Position numbers and translations under genes: made by a program. A stretch of DNA of 61,107 nt, the filler included, from Nitrospinae bacterium RIFCSPLOWO2_12_FULL_45_22 (lineage in GTDB: Bacteria; 2-12-FULL-45-22), in assembly GCA_001803565.1 (NCBI GenBank). It is 5 parts of 5 records of this genome, joined end to end, with 100 filler letters (N's around TTAATTAATTAA, not from the genome) between each part and the next. Parts side by side here need not be neighbours in the genome. Positions count along the whole stretch, not along the records: positions 32,409 to 41,217 come from MHDQ01000050.1; positions 41,318 to 51,360 come from MHDQ01000051.1; 3 more parts are not named here. One strand, written 5' to 3'. Of this stretch, positions 40,245 to 50,536 are shown piece by piece (within the stretch, counting starts at the first letter, position 1; each line of letters begins with the position of its first letter). Under the pieces are notes generated by a model. It made no database searches, had not been told where the DNA came from, and saw only the letters and a program-made list of their open reading frames with translations.

Positions 40245-40824
40245 AACCTTACTCTTTATCTCCACCAGACCACTAACTCTGGAGCGGTTAAGAGAGGTAT
40301 TTGACCGGGAGATTAACCGAGCTGCAATAAAGACTATCCTGGATGAGTTAATCGCTGAGTACCAGGGTAGGAATTTGCAACTGGTCGAGATAGGTGGTCG
40401 CTATCAGTTATGTACCCGGCCAGAGTACAGCCCCTGGATCAAGAAATTTTATCAGATAGAAAAGAGCACTAAGCTCTCGCAGGCAGCGTTAGAGACCCTG
40501 GCCATCATTGCTTATAAGCAGCCCATTACCCGGGTAGAGATCGAGGAAATCCGGGGCGTGGAGAGTGGTGGGGTGTTACGGACGTTGCTGGAAAAGAAGC
40601 TGGTAAAGGTTTTGGGCCGTAAAAATGTCCCGGGTAAGCCTTTGATGTATGGCTCTACCTGGGAATTCTTGCAATATTTTGGCCTGAAAGACTTATCTGA
40701 ACTCCCTTCTTTAAAAGATAAGGAACTTCAAGACCCGGCCGGGCCGGCGGAGTCCGTTGTCCAGCCCCTCTGCGGTGATATTAATTCCCCACAAGATATT
40801 GAGCAATTACGAATTCCTGATTAA
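40213..40824 (+). CDS. scpB: Segregation and condensation protein B
   Basis: LSQAALETLAIIAYKQPITR, IRGV, FLQYFGLKDLSELP; ATG 40213. Confidence 0.96.
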   Translation: MNRQQAKGIIETLLFISTRPLTLERLREVFDREINRAAIKTILDELIAEYQGRNLQLVEIGGRYQLCTRPEYSPWIKKFYQIEKSTKLSQAALETLAIIAYKQPITRVEIEEIRGVESGGVLRTLLEKKLVKVLGRKNVPGKPLMYGSTWEFLQYFGLKDLSELPSLKDKELQDPAGPAESVVQPLCGDINSPQDIEQLRIPD

Positions 40825-40948
40825 AATAAATATGCCTATTGACTTAGCTCCTAAAATAAACTGTAACTATGCGGTTTTATTGATGAATTAGATATTTGAA
40901 TAATCTGCACAGTTTTGCTCCTAAAGCCTTTACAGAAGAAGATTGAGC

Positions 40949-41131
40949 GTAACTACTCAGGTAGGCACAAAGGCACAGAGCACCAAAGGCACAAAGTCGA
41001 GAGATCTAAAGAGAATGCTAAGTTCCTATAAGGTATTTACAAAGGGGTGTGTGGACAGGTTGTGTTCTGCATTTCGGTCGTATATAACTTTGTGCCTATG
41101 TGCCTTTGTCTCTTTGTGCCTGAATAGTTAC
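40949..41131. mobile_element. 183-bp MITE with 12-bp TIRs, 8-bp TSD and internal octamer repeats
   Basis: GTAACTACTCAG...CTGAATAGTTAC; GATTGAGC duplicated at 40941-40948 and 41132-41139; GGCACAAA-type repeats in both arms. Confidence 0.85.
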
Positions 41132-41261
41132 GATTGAGCTAGATTTATTAGGAGCTAAATGCATAAGCATTAATTTTTATTTTTTTTTGTTGACATTTCT
41201 TTTATTCTGGTCTACGGNNNNNNNNNNNNNNNNNNNNNNNNNNNNNNNNNNNNNNNNNNNN

Positions 41262-41273
41262 TTAATTAATTAA
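41262..41273. other. Artificial contig linker
   Basis: TTAATTAATTAA between N runs. Confidence 0.95.
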
Positions 41274-41317
41274 NNNNNNNNNNNNNNNNNNNNNNNNNNN
41301 NNNNNNNNNNNNNNNNN

Positions 41318-41483
41318 CATATCTATCTCCTTTTTGAAAAACCACAACTGGCTGCTGAATGCCTATCTCTTTAATACTACTTGCGAGTTCACCAATACCC
41401 TCTTTAATATTTGCCTTTCGCACATTTGAAAGGCTTATGTCAATTTTATCTAACGGAAGATATTCAAAATTTAGTTTCCTCAT
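41318..41483 (-). CDS. ParB N-terminal-domain protein, 3'-truncated
   Basis: LDKI...NVRK...ELASSIKEIGIQQPVVV. Confidence 0.75.
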
Positions 41484-41590
41484 TTTATCGAACCCCCTGG
41501 GTATAGATTTAAATCTTTTACCTCCATAAACAGGGATTTTGTTTGAGCAAAATTTAGAGACAAGAGTTTTTCCCTAAAACTTTTCAGACG

Positions 41591-41718
41591 TTTAGCCACA
41601 GAGTCACGGAGGACACAGAGTAGCAGCAGGGCCTTGCCCTGCCATAAAGGTAAAAGCTTTAAGCAGAGCAAGGCTCTGCAACTACCCTTCCTCTGAGTTC
41701 TCTGGGCCTCTGTGGCAA
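41591..41718. repeat. Nested palindrome: nonamer-repeat arms enclosing a GTAG-type REP pair
   Basis: GCCACAGAG...ACACAGAG / CTCTGAG...CTCTGTGGC around GTAGCAGCAGGGCCTTGCCCTGC and GCAGAGCAAGGCTCTGCAACTAC. Confidence 0.65.
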
Positions 41719-42270
41719 TATTAAAAAAGCTAATATCTCTCTAAACTGGGGAAAAATTAATGTCTCTTTGCAGACTTAAAAAGGCTATAAACAAAATCCC
41801 TGATAAACTTAGCTTATCCAGCTTAGCATTTTATCAGATTTTGGGCTGAAATTTCTTTTCATTTATATCCCGATTATGAGGTTATTGTGGAACANNNNNN
41901 NNNNNNNNNNNNNNNNNTGTGGAACAAATATCATCGGGCAGGTAATGCCAATTATCGGTATAAAAACCTCCTGTTCTACCAAGCCGGGTAATTACGTCTT
42001 TGATTATAGGGGGTTTTTCAACACCAGGATAGCCGGTAAGGAGTATATTATTTTTTATAAAATAAGACCAGAGTTATCAGGAATTAATGACCGTAAGGTG
42101 GCGGCAACTTGCCCGCGAATTTGTTGTCGGGTTCGTAGCCTGAGCTTCCGGCTTGAGAATGAGGATGGGCCAGAAGGCCGTCCTACAGTGCCCGATCTAT
42201 GGCATGCTTATGGTATTTTTTGAATTAATGTATCCCACTAGGGAAAATAACTGGCGGGGTAGTATCCAAT

Positions 42271-43146
42271 CTATGCGAGTACACCATATTCCTTGAGGGT
42301 AGCTTGTAGGCGGTTCAGGTTGGGCTCGGCCATAGAGCATAATGGCAAGCGCAATTCGCCGCTGATCTTACCCATTAAAGCTAAGGCGGTCTTTACTGGT
42401 ATCGGGTTAGTCTCCAGGAACATAGCGTCATTTAAGGGCCTTAATTTGTACTGTAGGGCCTTTGCCCTAGCCAGGTTACCCCCCTGGAAGGCTCGCACCA
42501 GCTCCGCCATATCGCGGGGCGCTACATTGGCCACTACGGAGATTACCCCTTTACCGCCTACAGCCAGGATAGGCAAAACTAAAAAATCATCGCCCGAGAG
42601 GACAATAAAGTCTTCGCCACACAGGGCAATAATATCTATTATTTGCTGGAGGGAACCCGAGGCCTCTTTTATCCCCACAATATTCCCTATCTTAGCCAGG
42701 CGTGCTACTGTAGAAGGAAGGAGATTAACGCCGGTACGGCTGGGGACATTATAGAGAATGATCGGTATTTCTACTTCAGAGGCAACCTTGCAGAAGTGCT
42801 GATACAAACCCTCCTGGGTAGGTTTGTTATAATAGGGCGTGATCATCAGGGACGCATCGGCACCAGCCACTAGTGCATGTTGGGTAAGACTAACGGCTTC
42901 TTCCGTAGAATTAGACCCGGTACCGGCTATTACGGGTACCAGCTTCCTTACCGCATCAACGGTTATCTCAACCAGGTGTTGATGCTCTTTATGGGACAAC
43001 GTAGCGGACTCACCAGTAGTACCGCAAGGGACAATACCATTCGTCCCATTATCCATCTGATACTCTATCAGTTCTCTTAGCCCTTTCTCATCCACCCTAC
43101 CATCCCTAAACGGGGTTACTAAAGCCACTATTGAACCAGTAAACAT
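42271..43146 (-). CDS. dapA: 4-hydroxy-tetrahydrodipicolinate synthase
   Basis: GTTGES, TPYYNKP, LYNVPSRTG, GIKEASG, ETNPIPVK. Confidence 0.97.
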   Translation of the reverse strand: MFTGSIVALVTPFRDGRVDEKGLRELIEYQMDNGTNGIVPCGTTGESATLSHKEHQHLVEITVDAVRKLVPVIAGTGSNSTEEAVSLTQHALVAGADASLMITPYYNKPTQEGLYQHFCKVASEVEIPIILYNVPSRTGVNLLPSTVARLAKIGNIVGIKEASGSLQQIIDIIALCGEDFIVLSGDDFLVLPILAVGGKGVISVVANVAPRDMAELVRAFQGGNLARAKALQYKLRPLNDAMFLETNPIPVKTALALMGKISGELRLPLCSMAEPNLNRLQATLKEYGVLA

Positions 43147-43249
43147 CAAGCTGTTCCTCCCTACCTAGTTGTCAGAGGCCAGGGGTCGGGGATCAGGAAA
43201 AGGATAATTCTCTCTAGCGATCTCTGTTCCCTGAACACTGATAACTGAT

Positions 43250-44074
43250 TTATTTAAGGGCTTCTTCCCAGAGATAGCCCTGATAAATAACCTTAGCCGG
43301 CCCTTCCAGATATACTTCCGAAAATCCTTCGCCCGTCCTTTGAAAAAATATAGTCAATACCTCACCACCATAAGTCTCTACCGCCACAGGAGAGCCCATA
43401 CCTTTCCAAACAGAGGCCATTAAAGCGCTGGCTATTGCCCCGGTACCGCAGGCCATAGTCTCATCCTCTACCCCCCGCTCATAAGTCCGGATAGCGATCC
43501 TATCGGGGCTTATGATCTTGACAAAATCGGCATTAGTCCCAGCCGGAGAGAATTCAGGGTGGAAGCGGATCTGTTTCCCTACTTCTACCACGGGATACTT
43601 CGCAAGATCATCTACCAGACAGACCAGGTGGGGCACACCGGTATTAATAAATCCCCCCTGGATAGACCGATCTTTCAGGCTCAAGTCTATCTGCGGTCGG
43701 AGATTGTATGGCTCAGTCATCTTTAGTTTCACGCCGGTAGTGGTTACCTCGGCCTGGATGATCCCGGCCTGGGTCTCAAAAGATAGCTGGGCAGGGGCTA
43801 TCCCCAACAGATGGGCCAATTTAGCTACACATCGCCCACCATTGCCGCACATCTCTGCCTCACTGCCATCGGCATTAAAAAACCTCCATTTAAAATGGGC
43901 TCTAGTAGAAGATTCTATCAGTATCAGACCATCCGCCCCCACTGAGAAGCGCCGGCGGCAGACTTGCTGGACAAAAGGCCGTATGCCCTCGCTATCCAAC
44001 CCCTTATTCCGATCATCTATGAGGATAAAATCATTCCCACTGGCACTCATTTTATAGAACAGTATCTTTTGCAT
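43250..44074 (-). CDS. dapF: Diaminopimelate epimerase
   Basis: GNDF, EMCGNG, NTGVPH, ERGVEDETMACGTG. Confidence 0.97.
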   Translation of the reverse strand: MQKILFYKMSASGNDFILIDDRNKGLDSEGIRPFVQQVCRRRFSVGADGLILIESSTRAHFKWRFFNADGSEAEMCGNGGRCVAKLAHLLGIAPAQLSFETQAGIIQAEVTTTGVKLKMTEPYNLRPQIDLSLKDRSIQGGFINTGVPHLVCLVDDLAKYPVVEVGKQIRFHPEFSPAGTNADFVKIISPDRIAIRTYERGVEDETMACGTGAIASALMASVWKGMGSPVAVETYGGEVLTIFFQRTGEGFSEVYLEGPAKVIYQGYLWEEALK

Positions 44075-44160
44075 GAGTCTCTTCCCTTACGTTGGTCTGG
44101 GCAAGGCATCTATTATGCAGAGCAAGCTCTACCACTACAGTCTACAAAACAGCTTAATGA

Positions 44161-45423
44161 CTATCTTAAGAAAGCTGGGATCGCTTCGCCCCGAATAAGG
44201 TCTTCATAGCTCTCTCTTTGACGGATAACATAATATTGGCCATCTTTTACCAGGACCTCCGCTACCTTAGGGCGCGAATTATAATTAGAGGCCATAGAGA
44301 AACCATAAGCCCCGGCTGACATAACCGCCAATAAATCGCCCGCTGAACAAACCGGTAAGGGCCGATCCCTGGCCAAAAAATCGCCACTCTCACAGATAGG
44401 TCCGACCACATCTACCGTGTGAGTTGTAGCTTGCTTATCTTTTAGCATTACATGCTGGATAGCCTGATAAGAGCCATAGAGGCTAGGGCGGATCAGATCA
44501 TTCATACCACCATCTACGATAACAAAATTCTTTTCAGTAGTGGATTTAGTATAGAGCACCTGGGTAATCAGGACCCCGGCATTGCCTACTATAACCCGTC
44601 CGGGCTCAAAGATGACCGTACAATTCATTTTTGCCATATGGGGAGTAAGGGCTTCAGCAAGCTTTTGGGGATGGGGTGGCTCTTCATCGTTATAGGTTAT
44701 TCCTAATCCTCCCCCCAGGTCCAGATATTGAACCACTATATCTTCCCTTTTGAGCTCATCCAGTAGATAGGCAAGTCTTTTTACTGCTTCAACAAAGGGC
44801 CCGGTCTCGGTTATCTGGGAGCCGATATGGGAATGAATACCGAGAATTTGCAGATTTTTTGCTTTTTTAGCTAATCTGTAATGATCCAGGGCTTTAGAGA
44901 TATCTATCCCAAACTTGTTTTTCTTGAGCCCAGTAGATATATAGGGATGAGTCTGAGGGTCTACATCTGGATTTACCCGTAAGGCAATAGGGGCCTTTAT
45001 TCCCATTTGCCCTGCCAACTCATCAATGGCCTCGAGCTCCTGGCCGGACTCTACATTGAACATTAAGATACCCGCTTCTAAGGCATATCTTATCTCTTCC
45101 TTACTCTTGCCTACACCGGCATAGACAATCTTCTGGGGATCAGCGCCGGCCTTTAATGCCCGGTATAGTTCGCCGCCTGAGACTACATCTAACCCTGCCC
45201 CTTCTCTAATGAATATCCGCAGGATAGCCAGGTTAGAATTGGCCTTCATAGCAAAGCATATCAGGTGAGGTATACCCTGGAAAGCAGTATCAAAGGCCAG
45301 GTAATGACGAAGTAATGTCTTATAGCTATAGAGATAGAAAGGAGTTTTTACTTCCTGGGCGATTTTTAGGACAGAGATCTCCTCACAGTATAATTCTCCA
45401 TTTCGGTAATGAAAGAAATGCAT
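44161..45423 (-). CDS. lysA: Diaminopimelate decarboxylase
   Basis: FAMKANSN, HIGSQ, EPGR, GPICESGD, MASNYNSRP. Confidence 0.97.
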   Translation of the reverse strand: MHFFHYRNGELYCEEISVLKIAQEVKTPFYLYSYKTLLRHYLAFDTAFQGIPHLICFAMKANSNLAILRIFIREGAGLDVVSGGELYRALKAGADPQKIVYAGVGKSKEEIRYALEAGILMFNVESGQELEAIDELAGQMGIKAPIALRVNPDVDPQTHPYISTGLKKNKFGIDISKALDHYRLAKKAKNLQILGIHSHIGSQITETGPFVEAVKRLAYLLDELKREDIVVQYLDLGGGLGITYNDEEPPHPQKLAEALTPHMAKMNCTVIFEPGRVIVGNAGVLITQVLYTKSTTEKNFVIVDGGMNDLIRPSLYGSYQAIQHVMLKDKQATTHTVDVVGPICESGDFLARDRPLPVCSAGDLLAVMSAGAYGFSMASNYNSRPKVAEVLVKDGQYYVIRQRESYEDLIRGEAIPAFLR

Positions 45424-45649
45424 AGTTTAAACCCCTGCTCCTCGGCAAAATTTGGGTAAGTGAGCTTTATCTGCCACGAAGGCATGAAAACACCTAGAGA
45501 GCGTAAAACGCAAAGCTAAAAGTGCAAAGCTGAGGACTAATCACCTTAGTTTTACCTTTTGCGCTTTACGCTTTGAGCCTATTAGTTACTTAGAGTCTGA
45601 ATGGTAACAAGAATGTAGCATAGGAGAGGATTTGTGTCAAACCTGACAA

Positions 45650-47005
45650 CTATTCTCTCTTTATAGGGAATACCTGTATTTTTTCAGAGAAAGGACTTTC
45701 ATTAGGGGGCGAGGCATTATCTACCGCGGTAATCGCATAAAAATATACCTGGCCAGGCTGAATATCCTGGTCTCTGAAAGTCGTTTCAGAGATGGGTGAG
45801 GTAGTTATCCGCTGATAATGCTCTTCAGTAGTACTTTTTCGGTATACATAATATCCCAAAAGATCTGGCTCAGAATTAGGATTCCAGTTCAGGACAATGC
45901 CGTCTCCTTTATTAACACCTACTAACCCCTGAGGCGCCAGAGGGGGATAAGTATCCCGTAGGGTAACGGCTACCTCATTAGAAGCCGGACCTTCATGCCA
46001 CGGAAGGGCATCTGTAGTAACTGCCCGCACTACATAGACATAAGTCTCTCCATTAGTTAACCCGGTATCTACATAAGAATTGTCTTTTATTAGCTCTTCA
46101 TTTAAGGGATAGAAGGGATAATCACTATCTCCCCCTCCTTTTCTATAAAGGTTAAAACCCTCCAATTCTGTTAGCGGAGTTCCATCAACTCGCGCCCTGG
46201 GAGGGGACCAGGCCAACCATGCTTTACCTTCACCCCGGATAGCAACGAGGTTCGTTGGTGGGTCAGGGGTGGGCGAGAGCCATACCTGAGCAATATTTGA
46301 TGGCTGACTGGGCAGACCACTCTTGTCAAAACTGATTACCAGATAGCTATAGCCTCTATCAGCCTTGAGCCCTTCGGGGAACTTAGATAAACTTCTGTCC
46401 TTATAAATTACATAATCATCTTCCAGCTCCACTCCTTCCAACCTCTCTAACAATATTTGATCAATCCGTTCGTATCCTACCAGGTATTCATCCTCACCCC
46501 TTTCCTGGATTGAGGGGAGCTTGATAAAATCGGCAGGCTCTTCCTGGCCTAGATGCTGAACATCTTTTTCATCTTTATCTGGCCCCTCAGCTTCCAGGGC
46601 TGATTGTGGTTCCTCCAGGGTATTAATAAGCTCTTCTGTCTCTACCTCGGTTTCCAGGGAGTAATCTATCTGCTTATCAGCCGGTACAGAACGATACAAG
46701 GGAATATATGCCTCTTCTTCGGTGTCCCCTTGTTCTTTTCTATAGACTTCAAAACCATCGAGGTCTAATAGCTTGGTATCATCCACCCGCCTGGTAGGAA
46801 TAGCCCATTTTAGAATAACCTCATTATTTTTGGTATAGACTTCCAGGTCAGTGATCTTCTCCGGGGCAAACTCTTCGGGGGGTAAGGGTGGGGCCTTGAT
46901 CCCACAACTTATAATAAGCAGTAAGCAGTAAGCAGTAAGCAGTAAGGAGTAAAAACTATTTCGTGCTAATGGTCTACTGATCACCGCAAACGGCTTACAG
47001 CTCAC
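45650..47005 (-). CDS. Fibronectin type III-domain lipoprotein
   Basis: Lipobox IISC then GIKAPPLPP; three FN3-like units (...YVYVVRAV, GYYVYR...YFYAITAVD). Confidence 0.85.
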   Translation of the reverse strand: MSCKPFAVISRPLARNSFYSLLLTAYCLLLIISCGIKAPPLPPEEFAPEKITDLEVYTKNNEVILKWAIPTRRVDDTKLLDLDGFEVYRKEQGDTEEEAYIPLYRSVPADKQIDYSLETEVETEELINTLEEPQSALEAEGPDKDEKDVQHLGQEEPADFIKLPSIQERGEDEYLVGYERIDQILLERLEGVELEDDYVIYKDRSLSKFPEGLKADRGYSYLVISFDKSGLPSQPSNIAQVWLSPTPDPPTNLVAIRGEGKAWLAWSPPRARVDGTPLTELEGFNLYRKGGGDSDYPFYPLNEELIKDNSYVDTGLTNGETYVYVVRAVTTDALPWHEGPASNEVAVTLRDTYPPLAPQGLVGVNKGDGIVLNWNPNSEPDLLGYYVYRKSTTEEHYQRITTSPISETTFRDQDIQPGQVYFYAITAVDNASPPNESPFSEKIQVFPIKRE

Positions 47006-47025
47006 TGCTCACTCCTCACGGCCAC
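46915..47025. repeat. Heptamer tandem-repeat hairpin overlapping the argH end and the lipoprotein start
   Basis: (TAAGCAG)x4 plus TAAGGAG, and opposite arm GCTTACA/GCTCACT/GCTCACT/CCTCACG. Confidence 0.8.
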
Positions 47026-48406
47026 TCTTTTGGGCCCTTAATGCCTGGACCCGCCTCAATATATTCTCTTTTGCGGTACCACCATAAGCCTTTTTACTTT
47101 CTATAGCTTTTTCCACGGAAAGTCGCTGAAAGAGGTCAGAGCCAAATTCCTGCGCAAAGGCTTTATATTCCTCGAGAGATAGTTCCCGAAGGGTTTTTTT
47201 GTTCTCCAGGCAAAAATTCACTAACTTACCTACGGCCGCATGGGCCGTTCTAAAGGGGACATTTTTGCCCACCAGATAGTCTACCAATTCTGTTGCCAAC
47301 ATAAACTCATCCTGGCTGGCCGCGGCCATAACTTCTCTGTTTGGCCGGACATTCTCCAGGAAACGGTTAAGGACCTTTAGGGATTTTTTTATGGTATTAG
47401 CAGTATCGAATAAAGGTTCCTTATCTTCCTGTAGGTCCTTATTATAGGAGAGGGGCAGGGCCTTCATAACGGTTAATAGGGCCATCAGGCTGCCATATAC
47501 CCGGCCGGTCTTGCCCCGGATAAGCTCTGGTATGTCAGGGTTTTTCTTATGAGGCATGAGGCTACTGCCAGTGCAGAAGGCATCTGCTATAGTAATAAAA
47601 TTGAATTCCGCTGAAGACCATAACACCAACTCTTCACAAAACCTGCTTAGATGCATCATCAGGATAGCAGAATGGGCCACAAACTCTATCACAAAATCCC
47701 TATCACTGACACTGTCTATACTATTGGTAGATACAGCAGAAAAATTTAGCAGTTCTGCGACATATTGCCGGTCTATGGGCAGAGAGGTACCCGCTAACGC
47801 CCCGCTGCCCAGAGGCATAATATCTACTCTTTTGAGACCATCCAGGTAGCGCTGTCTGTCCCGCTCCAGCATATCAAAATAAGCCAGCAGTTGATGAGAG
47901 AAGAGGACGGGTTGGGCCCGCTGCAGATGGGTATAGCCGGGCATTACACAATCAATATAATCTTCTGCCATATGGAGCAAGGTGTTTTGTAGGGCAGTAG
48001 TACCTCTTTCTATCTCCTGGATAGTATCTCTGAGATAGAGCCTTATATCCAGGGCTATCTGATCGTTACGGCTGCGGGCAGTATGGAGTTTCTTTCCTAC
48101 TTCCCCTATCTTTTCTATCAGCCTATGCTCAATATGCATATGGATATCTTCTAGGGCCGGGTCAAACTTAAAACTACCCGCTTCTATTTCCTGCTGGATA
48201 TCTTTTAACCCCTTGATAATAGCCTGGGTATCCGCATCAGAAATAATCCTGACTTTGGCTAACATCTGAGCATGGGCAATACTCCCCTCTATATCATATT
48301 TATAGAGAACCTTATCAAACGATATAGAGGCCGAGAATTCCTCTACCAGCTTATCCGTCTCCTGGGTAAAGCGTCCTGACCAAAGTTTAGAAGACTTTTT
48401 GACCAT
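47009..48406 (-). CDS. argH: Argininosuccinate lyase
   Basis: LWSGRF, HTARSRNDQ, PGYTHLQRAQP, GSSLMPHKKNPD. Confidence 0.97.
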   Translation of the reverse strand: MVKKSSKLWSGRFTQETDKLVEEFSASISFDKVLYKYDIEGSIAHAQMLAKVRIISDADTQAIIKGLKDIQQEIEAGSFKFDPALEDIHMHIEHRLIEKIGEVGKKLHTARSRNDQIALDIRLYLRDTIQEIERGTTALQNTLLHMAEDYIDCVMPGYTHLQRAQPVLFSHQLLAYFDMLERDRQRYLDGLKRVDIMPLGSGALAGTSLPIDRQYVAELLNFSAVSTNSIDSVSDRDFVIEFVAHSAILMMHLSRFCEELVLWSSAEFNFITIADAFCTGSSLMPHKKNPDIPELIRGKTGRVYGSLMALLTVMKALPLSYNKDLQEDKEPLFDTANTIKKSLKVLNRFLENVRPNREVMAAASQDEFMLATELVDYLVGKNVPFRTAHAAVGKLVNFCLENKKTLRELSLEEYKAFAQEFGSDLFQRLSVEKAIESKKAYGGTAKENILRRVQALRAQKSGREE

Positions 48407-48423
48407 ACGGAATAGCAACCTCC

Positions 48424-49119
48424 TTAGAAGAACCGTTGCCGGTAAAGGGATTGATAGATGAAATTAGCTAAGGTAGTTATATCAAAAACCGGTCGGCATA
48501 CCGCTTCCTGCACGGCCGTGGCATAGGGAGCCATATTAGCACATTCCAGGACTATAGCTCCTACGGTTGGGTTTTCTTCAACGAGTCTCCGGGCCGCTCC
48601 CACCATATCTTGCTCTGCCTGGACAATATTCAGTTCTTTCTTGTTTTCTAATATGGCACAATTCAGTTCCTGGCCAGATTCCAGGCCGATAATAGCTATT
48701 GGTATACTAACGCCCCCTATGGCTTTTAGATGTTCTTGCCCCAGGAGTCTGGAATCTATAGTAATCACCCCTACCTTCTGGTCTTTGCTTAGTAGGTGGT
48801 ATGCCAGGGGTATTTGGAGCAGGCTAGAAATAAGGACAGGGATTTTTACTGTTTCTGCTATCTCTTGCTGATATATAGCCAGGAGGCCACAGGTAGAGGT
48901 AATGGCTGCTACGCCTTCTCTTTCTAATTCCTGGGCAGCATCTTGTAATACCTTAAGTAACTTTTTATCCTGGTCTTCCTTGAAAAACTGCGGGGTTATA
49001 CCTTTTACTACCTTATAAATAACCGGAAAATCCCAGGTTTCAGCCCCCCCAGCATCCCCGGGGATCCGAGGAAATTGGGTATCTAACATTATGATACCCA
49101 TAGGGGCTTGTGCTTTCAT
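48424..49119 (-). CDS. Aspartate/glutamate racemase family protein
   Basis: GIIMLDTQFPRIPGD, ITSTCG, IVLECANM; ATG 49119 just after the upstream stop. Confidence 0.85.
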   Translation of the reverse strand: MKAQAPMGIIMLDTQFPRIPGDAGGAETWDFPVIYKVVKGITPQFFKEDQDKKLLKVLQDAAQELEREGVAAITSTCGLLAIYQQEIAETVKIPVLISSLLQIPLAYHLLSKDQKVGVITIDSRLLGQEHLKAIGGVSIPIAIIGLESGQELNCAILENKKELNIVQAEQDMVGAARRLVEENPTVGAIVLECANMAPYATAVQEAVCRPVFDITTLANFIYQSLYRQRFF

Positions 49120-49120
49120 C

Positions 49121-49912
49121 CTATTTCTTTTGTCTCTCCAGTGCCCTTTTAGCAAAGAGGGCAGCTCCCACAGCCCCGAATAATTGGGGGTCCACAGCCG
49201 GAGAGGTAGCCAGCTTCCGCCCAATCTTATCCTCGATCATCTTCACTACCCCAACGTTCTTAGAAACGCCACCGGAGATAATGACCTGCTCCTCTACTCC
49301 TACTCGATACAACATCGAGACCAGACGGTTAGCAACCGAGTTATTTATACCAGCGCAAATATTGGCCTTAGACTTCTTTTCTGCCATTAAGGAGACTATC
49401 TCGGCCTCGGCAAAGACGCTGCACTGGCTGCTAACTTCTAAAATCTCTTTCCCGTCTAAGGACAATGGGCCCAGGTCTCCAATATTGATATGGAGGATCT
49501 TGCACATGGTCTCTAAAAACCGGCCTGTTCCGGCGGCACACTTGTCGTTCATAACAAAATCCTTGACCGTCCCGGTATCGTCTACCCGGATTACCTTGCA
49601 GTCCTGACCACCAATATCTATTACTGTGCGGATATTGTTGTTTACCCAATGGGCACCTTTGCCGTGACAGGAAATCTCGGTAATGTTCTTTGTGGCAAAG
49701 GGGATATTGACCCGGCCATAGCCGGTACCGACACAGTATTCGATATTTTCCAGGGTTAAGCCAGCCTCTTTCAGGGCTATATCCATAGACATCCTGGCCG
49801 TCTGCTCGCATACCGTCGTGGAGGGAATTAAACTGGTACCGCTAATCTCACCATCCTTCATAATTACCACTTTACCCGTGGTAGAGCCTATATCACAGCC
49901 TGCTACAATCAT
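49121..49912 (-). CDS. 2-hydroxyacyl-CoA dehydratase activator (ASKHA ATPase, 4Fe-4S)
   Basis: GCDIGSTTGK, TGYGR, TEISCH, DIGGQDCK, NDKCAAGTGRF. Confidence 0.93.
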   Translation of the reverse strand: MIVAGCDIGSTTGKVVIMKDGEISGTSLIPSTTVCEQTARMSMDIALKEAGLTLENIEYCVGTGYGRVNIPFATKNITEISCHGKGAHWVNNNIRTVIDIGGQDCKVIRVDDTGTVKDFVMNDKCAAGTGRFLETMCKILHINIGDLGPLSLDGKEILEVSSQCSVFAEAEIVSLMAEKKSKANICAGINNSVANRLVSMLYRVGVEEQVIISGGVSKNVGVVKMIEDKIGRKLATSPAVDPQLFGAVGAALFAKRALERQKK

Positions 49913-50044
49913 CCTCTCTTCCTCCCTAAAGTTCTCAGGTTGTTTTCACCAAAAAAAATCATGGTAACATAATAAGCAATAAAATAATTATCTGTCAAGC
50001 CAATGAGATCTCTGGAGAATCTATCCGGGGCACCAGAATGCCTC

Positions 50045-50364
50045 TCAGCCCTCCGAGGTCTGGTCTTCTAATTTACGGGATTCTTCGATAATCTTTTCAA
50101 ATAGTTTTACCAATGATTCGTTATCCCAGGGCCCCTTATTTTTCCCCTGGAGCCGGGTTAAGATGCTATTTTCTCTGGTAGGATCATGGATAGGAAGACC
50201 TCTTTCTTTTTTTAGAGAGCCCATTTTTAAAACTAATTTTGCCCTCTCATTCAATAGGGCCAGGATCTGATCATCAATAGAGTCAATCTGCTTTCTTAAC
50301 TCTTCNNNNNNNNNNNNNNNNNNNNNNNNNNNNNNNNNNNNNNTCTTAACTCTTCTATCCCCAT
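50045..50364 (-). CDS. Chorismate mutase (AroQ type), spanning an N gap
   Basis: MGIEELRKQIDSIDDQILALLNERA...DPTRE...ESRKLE after merging the duplicated gap flanks (TCTTAACTCTTC). Confidence 0.88.
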
Positions 50365-50536
50365 AACCCCTGAGCTACCATGCCTAAAAATTCCATCCGT
50401 GGTACTACCCTCTTTGTTGAATGGGTTAAATTTTATTATATTTCATCGCCAGGGACAAGGAATTTTTATTTATTCGGTTTGTGCAATTTTAGACTTTATA
50501 TTATAATCTCCCTGCATTTATTTTGATTTAGTCCTT

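Noticed and set aside
40943-41137. 64-aa ORF
   Set aside because: Translation of the MITE octamer repeats
41480-42223. 63-aa and 115-aa ORFs
   Set aside because: Overlap REP-like repeats and an N gap; no motifs
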